Below, piece after piece: positions 49,161 to 58,800 of a DNA stretch of 64,000 nucleotides. The stretch lies in the IMG/VR virus record IMGVR_UViG_3300022562_001814, positions 32,001 to 96,000 of that record; one strand, given 5' to 3'. The DNA is from a virus. Under the pieces are notes generated by a model. That model searched no databases and was not told the DNA's origin. It saw only the letters and a program-made list of their open reading frames with translations. Position 1 is the first letter of the stretch. Each line of letters begins with the position of its first letter. Made by a program: the position numbers and the translations under genes.

Positions 49161-50768
49161 ATGCCATACTATTTAAATTTAAATAATGTGGGCATCACAT
49201 CTGTTTCTTCTCAGGGAGACGGTTCTACTATTACACTTAAATGGTACAGGGCTTTTCCTGAAAAAACAACTAATTTGATGGCTTATAATATTTATATCGA
49301 TACTATAAGACCAGATTTTGAATTTCAATTTTTTAATAAAAGCCCGGCTTTTGTATCTGTAGATGGTAAATTAACGGCAGATATAACTGGATTAGTTCCT
49401 GGACAAATGTATAGATTTGCTGTTAGACCAGTAGAATATGATCCTGATGTGTTTGATTTAAAAGACTTACCAATCGTTTTTAATAATTTAAGAATATACC
49501 CAGAAAGTCCACTAAGAGAAGATATTACAGAAAGCTCTGATATTATTCCTTTATTAAGTGTTGATGATTTTCCATCAACAGGGGTGGTTCGTGTTGGAGC
49601 TGAGCTAATACAATACAGTTCTGTGGATACCATTAATAATAATTTATTATTAACAAATGTATCTTTACAAAGGGGATTTAATGACACGGATATTACTTAT
49701 CATACTGCTGACGGATATGATGGGTATACAACTTGGGATCCGACAGTTTTATTTTTTCCTATAGATATAGAAGATCAAAATACGGTTGTATTTGCAACAC
49801 AAGATAGATTTGATTATCCAAACTATGCATTTACTTTAGAAGATGGTTATAGACAAAATATAAAAGATATTGTTAATGCCGATCTTAGTATAAGTGATGA
49901 AGTTAATGAAGATTTTCCGGCTTATGATTATGTTGGTTGGCATAGAATTGATCCGGTTGCATTATTTAATGGGGAATGTGTTGGAAGCTATTTTGGTGGA
50001 CAACTTTATTGTGCAGACGGATATGATGGGGTTGGAAGAATTATAAGAGGTATTTCTGTAGATGATCGGAATACTCAACGTCAAGAAGTATTGTTATCGG
50101 TTATTGGTGAGCCCGTATGTTTAATTAAACGTCAATGGACCGGAATCAGGTGTTTTTGTATATTGGCAACCAGTGAACATCCAGATGCTAGGTGTAAAAA
50201 ATGTTATGGTACTGGCTTTGTTGTAGGCTATCAACAATATTTTGATTCTAGAAACGCCGATGGAAGAATTCGTGTTAAAATTGAACCGTGGATAGATGAT
50301 TTGCCTCTTATAGATAGTGGTTTAGATCCAGAAGCTACTAAACCAAATGCTTGGACTCTTGTATTACCAGCTATTAAAAAACGAGATTTTATTGTAAGAT
50401 TTGATAAAGATGGTAATGAAGAGTTTAGATACGAAGTTATAAATGTAACTAGAAATATCTTATTTAATCAACAATTTGGTGCCCAAAAAATGACTTTACA
50501 AAGAATTCGTAAAACAGATATTATATATCAATTTAAAGTTTTCAAAAATACCGAAACAATGCCTACAGCATTTAATACTAGTATTAATAGTTCTTTGGGA
50601 ATTATTCCACATTCTCATCAATTCATAACAAATGAAATGGCACCATTTAATTGGAATCAAGCCACCTCGATAAATCAGGGACATTCTCATATAATAAGTT
50701 GGAACCCAGTGTCTGGTATGTTAGAAGTATCGACAGAATTAGGTCATACACATCAATTATTATTTTAA
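49161..50768 (+). CDS. Putative neck/head-closure protein with FN3-like N-terminus, zinc finger and His-repeat tail; 4 DGY motifs
   Basis: LKW..A...YNIY...GLVPGQMYRFAVR (FN3-like), RCFC...CKKCYGTGFVVGY and HSH/HSH/HTH. Confidence 0.6.
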   Translation: MPYYLNLNNVGITSVSSQGDGSTITLKWYRAFPEKTTNLMAYNIYIDTIRPDFEFQFFNKSPAFVSVDGKLTADITGLVPGQMYRFAVRPVEYDPDVFDLKDLPIVFNNLRIYPESPLREDITESSDIIPLLSVDDFPSTGVVRVGAELIQYSSVDTINNNLLLTNVSLQRGFNDTDITYHTADGYDGYTTWDPTVLFFPIDIEDQNTVVFATQDRFDYPNYAFTLEDGYRQNIKDIVNADLSISDEVNEDFPAYDYVGWHRIDPVALFNGECVGSYFGGQLYCADGYDGVGRIIRGISVDDRNTQRQEVLLSVIGEPVCLIKRQWTGIRCFCILATSEHPDARCKKCYGTGFVVGYQQYFDSRNADGRIRVKIEPWIDDLPLIDSGLDPEATKPNAWTLVLPAIKKRDFIVRFDKDGNEEFRYEVINVTRNILFNQQFGAQKMTLQRIRKTDIIYQFKVFKNTETMPTAFNTSINSSLGIIPHSHQFITNEMAPFNWNQATSINQGHSHIISWNPVSGMLEVSTELGHTHQLLF

Positions 50769-51704
50769 TTCTAAATATTTTTTATATTTTCTATCAAGAA
50801 AAATTGTAGAATTTTGATACATAAATTTATATATCTTACAAGAAATTGGGGTCCCGTTATAAGATATGTAATATATATTGTTTTTTTTACTTAATTTCTT
50901 ATGTTCTTTATTAACTATTTTATTTTTATATAAAATATAATTTAGTTGATTAAGAAATTCAAACGATCCACATATACTTATACATCCATATAAATGTTTG
51001 TTTTTGTATATACTGCCATCACCATCAAAATATCCTAATAAAAAATAATTAACTAAAGGATGATTTAATAACCACTCTGGCATTTGATAATTTTGGGATT
51101 TTCTTTCTTCAATACCAAACATTTTGAGGCTTTCACATATACGTTTTGATCCTATCTGTAAAGATGATTTTTTATAAATTTTATTTGTAATACTATCATG
51201 AATTGGTCCATTATACTCCATTAGTATTTTCATTTTTTCTAAATGATTTTTATCTTTTGTTGAAAGGCTTATTGATAACACTGACGGTTTAGTTGCATTT
51301 GGTTGTTTATAAATACACCCATCGGCAGCAATAAATCCAGCAATATAAAAAACTTCTGAAGTTACTTGATTAAAAAAATTTTCATTCAGAGTGTACGTGT
51401 TATTTATTTCAATATTTAAATATTTTAATAATTTATTTATTGTAATATGATGCATTTTATATTTTTTTGCCACACCGGTTGTTCCTAATTTTTCATAATC
51501 TTTTATAAATATTTTATGATTTATATTAAGTATTTTTTTACTAGGTTTATATTTCTTTATACCATAAAGAATTAAAAATTTTGATAATGTATCTTTATCG
51601 ATGTCAAGTATTTTTGATATTATTTTGATTTTTTTATATTTTTGATATATTTGTTCAAGTTCTTGTTTTGTTATTAATCGTTGTACTCTATTGTGACGTT
51701 CCAT
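50760..51704 (-). CDS. Free-standing LAGLIDADG homing endonuclease
   Basis: YIAGFIAADGC and FLLGYFDGDGS with N-terminal HTHs. Likely start at 51704 (AAGG RBS). Confidence 0.9.
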   Translation of the reverse strand: MERHNRVQRLITKQELEQIYQKYKKIKIISKILDIDKDTLSKFLILYGIKKYKPSKKILNINHKIFIKDYEKLGTTGVAKKYKMHHITINKLLKYLNIEINNTYTLNENFFNQVTSEVFYIAGFIAADGCIYKQPNATKPSVLSISLSTKDKNHLEKMKILMEYNGPIHDSITNKIYKKSSLQIGSKRICESLKMFGIEERKSQNYQMPEWLLNHPLVNYFLLGYFDGDGSIYKNKHLYGCISICGSFEFLNQLNYILYKNKIVNKEHKKLSKKNNIYYISYNGTPISCKIYKFMYQNSTIFLDRKYKKYLELK

Positions 51705-51775
51705 ATAATACCTTCTTTTGTATACATTATATCTGTTTATGCATAAATTCATATAATTGTAGGAATTGGACCACT

Positions 51776-53398
51776 ATGTCTCACGCCACTACATTTGTAC
51801 CAGGAATTGGACGTTTCGCCCTCGACCGCTACGATTTCAAAAATCATGTTGATGGGTATAACACAAATCATAATGCTGATGATATTACTATTATTCCCAG
51901 TATTTATATTAGTGATGTTGAACAAACTGATGTATATAGTGCTATTAGCTCAATTAGTGATGAATTAACTATTATCGGATTATCTGGTAAGGGATTTATT
52001 ACTGTTGGCGACGGTTATGATACTTATCGTAAATCCAATCAAGAAGAATTAGATTATGATATTAATGCTCCTTACGATTCAAGCGTTCCTGCCTTCAATA
52101 CATATTTAGATAATTTATTAAATATTAGTGATCCATCTGATCCTGATTATAATAATTTACATCCTCGTATTAGATCTGGTGGAGTTGTACTCATTAAAGC
52201 AGGTACTTATAAATTTACTGGAAGTGTAAATGTGCCTACGGGTATGATTTTGATGGGAGAAGGATACGGTACTAAAATTGTTAATCAAATGGTATCGCCG
52301 GCGCCCTTATTTATAATAAAAGCAGATAGTACTAGAGTGCCTGATAGTGGGGTTGATTCAACGCTACCATTTATATTTGCAAAAGAAACTATATTTATTA
52401 ATTTAACTATTGCAGATAATTTTTTGGAACCAAAATTTTTGGGCGATACTTCATATAAGTTACCTATTAATAATGATTCGGTGTATCCATTAATTTCTTT
52501 AGAAGAGGGGGCTAGCTTATCTTGTGAAAACGTAAGAATAATGGGGAAAACCGTTTATAGTGTTGGCGTAATTAGTGATATAAGCTCATTTGCTATTAAG
52601 ACAGATTCAACGTTGCCAGTAACTAGTGGTACTAGATTAAAAATTTTAAATTCTTCAATAGATGGTTTTGCTGTACCTATTCAATTTACAGCATCGGGCG
52701 GTGCGGGATCTGGTTATAAAGATAGTTTAATTGTTAATAATAATTTAATAAGAGGTTATGGATTTTTAAATAGTGATTTTGTTACAGCCAGTAATAATAC
52801 TATTATAAAGATAAATGCTTGTAATGCCAATATTAATAATAATTATTTTATGGGATATGATAGCACCGTATCGTCTTTAATTTATATTAATAATCCTACA
52901 ATTCCTCTTTTACAATCATTAAGTAAAGTTAATATTTCTAATAATAATATAGTTATTAAGCCTGGTGATAATTCTGTAAATACTACATTTGAATTAGTTA
53001 AATATAATAATACGGTATCTCCTAATAGATCTGATTTTTATGTATCTGTTATTAAAACTGGAAATCAATTTAATGGGGTATTAGAAACAAATTTAAAAGT
53101 ATTAAAAATAACAGCTTCTTCTCCAACTGCTTATTTATTTTTAGACTCTAATACTGCCGAATTTTTACTGTTAGTAGATACTACATCTATTGCTCCTACT
53201 ATATTTTTACCACCACATTTGGCTGGTAGAAAAGTTACTGTAAAAGATATTGCAGATAATGCTAGTAATAATAATATTACGTTAGCCAGAAATGGTAGTA
53301 CTGGTAATATTGAAAATTACGCTGGAAGTTTTGTTATGGAAAATGATTCTCAAAGCGCTATATTAGTAAGTGATGGAACTAATTGGTGGTTTGTATAA
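51776..53398 (+). CDS. Tail fiber/spike protein with pectin-lyase-like beta-helix; 2 DGY motifs
   Basis: GGVVLIKAGTY...LMGEGYGTKI, Asn-rich beta-helix repeats and a C-terminal T..LP....GR..TVKD...SDGTNWW module. Likely start ATG 51776. Confidence 0.75.
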   Translation: MSHATTFVPGIGRFALDRYDFKNHVDGYNTNHNADDITIIPSIYISDVEQTDVYSAISSISDELTIIGLSGKGFITVGDGYDTYRKSNQEELDYDINAPYDSSVPAFNTYLDNLLNISDPSDPDYNNLHPRIRSGGVVLIKAGTYKFTGSVNVPTGMILMGEGYGTKIVNQMVSPAPLFIIKADSTRVPDSGVDSTLPFIFAKETIFINLTIADNFLEPKFLGDTSYKLPINNDSVYPLISLEEGASLSCENVRIMGKTVYSVGVISDISSFAIKTDSTLPVTSGTRLKILNSSIDGFAVPIQFTASGGAGSGYKDSLIVNNNLIRGYGFLNSDFVTASNNTIIKINACNANINNNYFMGYDSTVSSLIYINNPTIPLLQSLSKVNISNNNIVIKPGDNSVNTTFELVKYNNTVSPNRSDFYVSVIKTGNQFNGVLETNLKVLKITASSPTAYLFLDSNTAEFLLLVDTTSIAPTIFLPPHLAGRKVTVKDIADNASNNNITLARNGSTGNIENYAGSFVMENDSQSAILVSDGTNWWFV

Positions 53399-53407
53399 GG
53401 ATATTAG

Positions 53408-54286
53408 ATGGCTCGATTATATAAAAAAGTATATCCTGATGGTGGTGCAATGTATAATTGGACAGTTCCAGCAGGTGTAAAAGATATTGAAATATATGCT
53501 ATGGGCGGTGGCGGTGGCGGAGGTGGCGGCTCTGCAGGCAGCCCCGGTGTACTTGGTTCTAATATACCCGGGGGTGGCGGAGGAGGGGGCGCTACAGCGT
53601 CTATAATTAAATTATCTGTTACGCCAGGGACGGCATTTGTCATATATGTTGGAAGCGGTGGCGGAGGTGGGGCTGGAGGAATAACTGGAGGTACAGAAGA
53701 TGGTTCAGATGGTAATGATGGAGAAGCGTCTGTATTTGATTATGGTGGTTCTAATCCGATATATTTTTATGGTGGAACAGGTGGTCCGGGAGGAGTTCAA
53801 TTCTCCGGAACAGATAATAGATATGGTGGTTCAAGTTTAAAATCATCCTATGCTCAACAAATAGTAGATCATGATAATATGGACGCCCCTTTGCCGTATG
53901 GTTTTTCAAATCAACCCGGCGATGGTGGTATGAGCGGATTAAGCGCTTCTTCTGAATGGCCGGTTACCGGGGGTTCTTGGCATTTTATATCTAGTTCATC
54001 TAATACCCCAGGAAATGCAGGTGTTGATGGTACTAGAGGCTCCGGCGGCGGCGGTGGCGGAATATCTAATTTTCCGGGCTCTTCTGGAGGTAATGGTGGT
54101 ACTGGTGGAGATTTAGGCGGCGGCGGACCTGATCCGGGTACAGCTGGTACAAATGGCGGAGTCGGCACATTGGGAGGAGGTGGCGGCGGTGGCGGCGGTG
54201 GCGGCAACGGAGCTAGTATTTCTAGTAATGGCGGAGATGGTGATGGGGGTGGTGACGGTAGAGTAATTATTAGTTATTTTATTTAA
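53408..54286 (+). CDS. Glycine-rich virion (fiber tip/adhesin-like) protein
   Basis: WTVPAGV..I...GGGGGGG...VTPG....VG.GG.GG...GGDGRVII, the glycine-rich-domain pattern. Confidence 0.75.
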   Translation: MARLYKKVYPDGGAMYNWTVPAGVKDIEIYAMGGGGGGGGGSAGSPGVLGSNIPGGGGGGGATASIIKLSVTPGTAFVIYVGSGGGGGAGGITGGTEDGSDGNDGEASVFDYGGSNPIYFYGGTGGPGGVQFSGTDNRYGGSSLKSSYAQQIVDHDNMDAPLPYGFSNQPGDGGMSGLSASSEWPVTGGSWHFISSSSNTPGNAGVDGTRGSGGGGGGISNFPGSSGGNGGTGGDLGGGGPDPGTAGTNGGVGTLGGGGGGGGGGGNGASISSNGGDGDGGGDGRVIISYFI

Positions 54287-54317
54287 ATAATAATTAAAAT
54301 GATATATTAAAGGTACA

Positions 54318-54881
54318 ATGACAGAATTTTTATCTATTTTTTTAACTTGGCAATTTTTGGTACTTTGCGTAGGAATTGCGGCAATCACTTTTGTTATTAG
54401 AACAATAATAGAGTATTTCATTTTAAATAATCCTCGTATGCCCGGCAATAGTCAATCTAGATTTTGGAGAGATCTTGCTTTAGTTATTTTACCGATTGGT
54501 TTAGGTATTTTATTTGCTGTATTTGGCAAATCTTTTCCATATCCGGAAGCTATTTCAGAACCATATAGTAAATTTTTATTTAGTTCTTCGGCAGGATTAT
54601 TAAGTCCTACTTTATATAGAGTTATTAAGGCTTTATTTTGGAAACCAACCGGAATAGATTATAATCCTATACCTTATCCAGTTTATAATCCTCAAATTAA
54701 TCCTGTATATCCGGTAAATCCTACTCCAAATCCTTTTCCTATAAACCCATTTCCAAATAATTCGAATGGACCAGTTTTAAATAATAATTTTTCTTCTCCG
54801 CCATCTCCTCAACCCCCGGTTCATCCTTTATCTAAAACGGCAGATGATCCTTCTACAGATCCTATTGAGCCTAAAATTTAA
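54318..54881 (+). CDS. Membrane protein, putative holin
   Basis: Three hydrophobic segments and a Pro/Asn-rich tail. Confidence 0.5.
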   Translation: MTEFLSIFLTWQFLVLCVGIAAITFVIRTIIEYFILNNPRMPGNSQSRFWRDLALVILPIGLGILFAVFGKSFPYPEAISEPYSKFLFSSSAGLLSPTLYRVIKALFWKPTGIDYNPIPYPVYNPQINPVYPVNPTPNPFPINPFPNNSNGPVLNNNFSSPPSPQPPVHPLSKTADDPSTDPIEPKI

Positions 54882-54942
54882 TAAAATTAAATATTTATTT
54901 ACGGAACATAATTTTGCATTATTTGTATGAATAGGGTGTATT

Positions 54943-55860
54943 TTGTTTTACGTGTACATATATAGAAATAAAATAAATTATAAAATATATGTTGGTAAAA
55001 CTGGAAATTTGTCACAAAGAATGACAGATCATAAAAAAATGAGAGGAGACTGTCCTAAATTTCATAATGCTATTAAAAAATATGGAATAGATACATTTGA
55101 TATTTTTATTTTATGTAAATTTGATAAAGAAAACGAATGTTTAAATGCTGAAAAATATTATATAAATTATTTTAAATCGAATATTAATAAATTTGGTTAT
55201 AATTTAACTAATGGTGGTGATGGTGTTTCTGGATATAAGCATACAAAAGAAAGTAAACAAAAAATGTCATTAGCACTAAAAGGTAGAACAAGTCCAATGA
55301 AAGGAAAACATCACTCAAAAGAAACTATTATTAAATTATCTAATTCACATAAAGGAAAAAAAGGATACTGGAAAGATAAAAAATTATCCTATAATCATAA
55401 AAAAAAATTATCTAATTCGCATAAAGGATATATTATGCCAGATAAACAAAAAAAGATAATAAGTATTACCAATACAGGTAAAAAATGTAATTGGATCAAA
55501 CGCGGGGTAAATAATTATAATAGTAAACTTAATTTGGAAGATGTCTCTAAAATAAGAGAATTATATAAAACAAATAATTATACATATAAAGATATTGCCT
55601 ACCTATATAATATAGGACCGACAACCGTTTATCGTATAATTAAAAATATAAATTATATTAATAATGATTATTTTGAATCAAAAGAACATTCACAACATTT
55701 AAAATCTCAAAAAAAATTAAATATAAATCAAGTTATAGAGATAAAAAAATTATTACTTGATGGATTTAAAAATATTGAAATAGCTAAAAAATATAATGTT
55801 GATAGTTCATTAATTTCTGCTATAAAAATAGGTAGAATTTGGAAACATATTAAAGGTTAA
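54943..55860 (+). CDS. GIY-YIG homing endonuclease with NUMOD3 repeats and HTHs
   Basis: YVYIYRNKINYKIYVGKT..R..H, E...I, GYNLTNGGDG and repeated H(T/S)xExxxK(M/L)S. Confidence 0.92.
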   Translation: MFYVYIYRNKINYKIYVGKTGNLSQRMTDHKKMRGDCPKFHNAIKKYGIDTFDIFILCKFDKENECLNAEKYYINYFKSNINKFGYNLTNGGDGVSGYKHTKESKQKMSLALKGRTSPMKGKHHSKETIIKLSNSHKGKKGYWKDKKLSYNHKKKLSNSHKGYIMPDKQKKIISITNTGKKCNWIKRGVNNYNSKLNLEDVSKIRELYKTNNYTYKDIAYLYNIGPTTVYRIIKNINYINNDYFESKEHSQHLKSQKKLNINQVIEIKKLLLDGFKNIEIAKKYNVDSSLISAIKIGRIWKHIKG

Positions 55861-55862
55861 TT

Positions 55863-58800
55863 ATGACAAAATTTCCATCAGCACTTGATACAGATTTAGA
55901 ATTACCACCCGTGTGGGACAACATAGTAGAAATTGGCGAAGAAGCAATAAATGCAGTACGATCAGCTATGTTTGCAGTTGAAGAAACGCTCGGGATCAAT
56001 CCACAAGGTAGCCTTTCATCAGTTGCAGATCGATTAAATGTTTCGTTAAATGCAGATGGTACTGTTAAGCCTTCTGCGATAGCTGGTTTAGGATTAGTTG
56101 TATTACCAATTACTAATGATCAAGTTTCGCCGACTGCAGCAATAGATGAATCTAAATTAAATCTTATTTATTCTACTTCATTTTTATATACTTTATTTGC
56201 AAATTTAGATGCAGCTGTTGATGTTTTAGAAGGATTTGTATCAACAACTGGTATTAAAGTAGAACCACATATTTCTGGCGCTGCTTTTAGACATAAATTG
56301 TCTCACATTGATATGAATTCTGGTACTTTGAATAAAGTAAATATTAGTACTGGTACTGTGATTTCTCGTGATTTAACAAATGCTTACACATTTGCTTCAG
56401 AATTATCTAATGATTTATTATCTCATACAAGAGCTGATAATTCAGGAAATACTACAACACCTCCAGCAAATCAAGCACACAATGCTTCTGGTATTTATAT
56501 AAATTCTTCTAATTTCGTCTCTGTTCCACAAACAGCTGATGATTTGCAAAGTTTTGCTGAATTCGTGGATAATTCCAGTTTAGTTTTATTGGGCAGTAGA
56601 ACACAAAATCTTTTTGGTAATGGTATACCTAGGGCTACACGTAATACTTCATTAATAAATGATACCGCCGCTGAAGCGATAGTAGATCCAACTCCAGCTA
56701 CAACTTATTTATTATTTAGTGCTGCTACTGCACCAGTAGATGATATTGAACACGGTGATAATGTAATTTTATTAAACCCTGGTTCAGAAGTATTAGCAAA
56801 TAATACTTTTGATGCTCAATTTTCACAAGTTAAACCAGGTGATTATATCACAATTAATTATGGTAATGGTACTGTTCCGGTACAATTTACAATTGATTCA
56901 ACCAAAAAGTTTTTAAATGGATCTACAAGAGTTTACTCTGTTAGAATAAATGGGAAAAATCTTTATGCATCCTCTGATGCAATAATTAGAATTGATCGTC
57001 CGTTCTTTCATAATTCAAAATATAATTCATTAGCATTAGCTGCTGCTAATAATAGTTTTTCTGAATTACCAAGTTTAATTATATCAAATCCGGGAGGGGC
57101 AACAGCGTTAGGTATTGGATTTGATCCGGATAAATTAGATCAAGGTCATTACAATTTATATTTGGCATTATATCCTACTGGTAATCCTGTAGAAAAAACT
57201 TTAGTATTACCAGCAATAGATGTTACCGGAGATACCGGAAATAATGTTGGCAGTTATAGTTTAGATGGTGTTGTTGAAACAATTAATAATAAATTTAGAC
57301 AGCCGGGATTTAATTTTAGATTTATCGCTTTTGCTTATCAAGGACAAATTGGTATTACTTTAGCTGACAGATATAATGATGCTAGTTTCTCAATTATTTC
57401 TGGTAATCCTGATGGTTATGGCGATTATACTGCATCATCTAATGCATCATTTCCAAATAATATAGTTGATAACTATAATGGAATTGATCCATTTGGATTT
57501 GGATTAAGCGGAGCCAATGTAGCTAGCCCACCATTTGCTATTAGTTATTCTACTCCCGCAACTGCATTGGCTGCTCCTACTGTAATATTTTCTCCATTAA
57601 GAAAAAACTTTTTCTATGTTGATGGTGTTGAACGTGATGATTTTGCTCTCGAAGTTAATACAATTAAAGACGGTTATGGCGATGGATACTGGGCAGCCAC
57701 TTTAATAACTAAACAGATTTTAGCTAATAGAGTAGAAGTTGCTTATGAAATTCCATTAGATTTATGTACATCCGGATTAAAAGTTGGTAAAACATTAGTT
57801 GTACAACCTGCGGTCGATATTGATAGTTCAAGTTATAATGCTGTAGATTATGGTAGATTTATAATTAGTAATATTGCTTTTAATAATTGTCCAGGACCCA
57901 CAAGTACTACAACTATTACTGTATATGATGCTATACATGGCACCGGAGTATCGCCTTATTTATCATCAATTAATTTACCAGTATTTATATATTTTTCAGA
58001 TGATTCTGTTTCATTTAATAAAGAACACGTTAGTGATCCAATTACAAATGTTTCATTTAAACGATTTTTTGAAGTATTTATTGATGCTAATGGAAAATCA
58101 TTTACTCATGAACGTGCGAGATTTAATACTAGCGGTAGTAATCTAACTGTTGATAGCATTAATTCATTTACTTTGTATAGTTCTGCAGAAATGGCAGCTA
58201 TTAATCTAGTTGATATTTCTCCAAAATTAAGAGGATATGCTTTTGGACAATATCGCAAAATATCTCTTATATTTAATAATTATAATGAAGTAAATGGAAC
58301 TTTTGATGGATATATGTGTAAGTTTGAATCACCATCCACATATACTCATATAGGACCAACATCTTCTGGTAAAAAAGGTGAAGTTGTAAGATTTTATGAT
58401 GATACTCATGTAGATTATATTGATGTGTCAATTTCTAGAAGTTCTGCTGTTTCAACATTTGCAAATAAACAAATAGATATTCAGCTTTTCCCATCATTAC
58501 AAGATAATAGAGAGAAAATAATTATTGGAACTTGTCAATTACAAGATACTAATAAACAAATTACTTATCTTAAAGATAAAAGACAGTTTGGCAATATAAC
58601 TGAACGTCAATTTTCCACCTCAGCGATTAATTATATTAATGCCCCTCAACGGCTATTAAATGAAAACGGTATTGTTAGAGGATTTGATCTTGTTTCATCA
58701 ACAACTTTAACAAATGATAATGAAATAAGCGTTCGTGGAGGTGCTGCCCTTATTGATGGTAAATTGCTAGATTTTAATGACGCTATACTTTCTATTCCTA

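Noticed and set aside
53404-54448. Poly-proline minus-strand ORFs
   Set aside because: They are the antisense of the glycine-rich gene.
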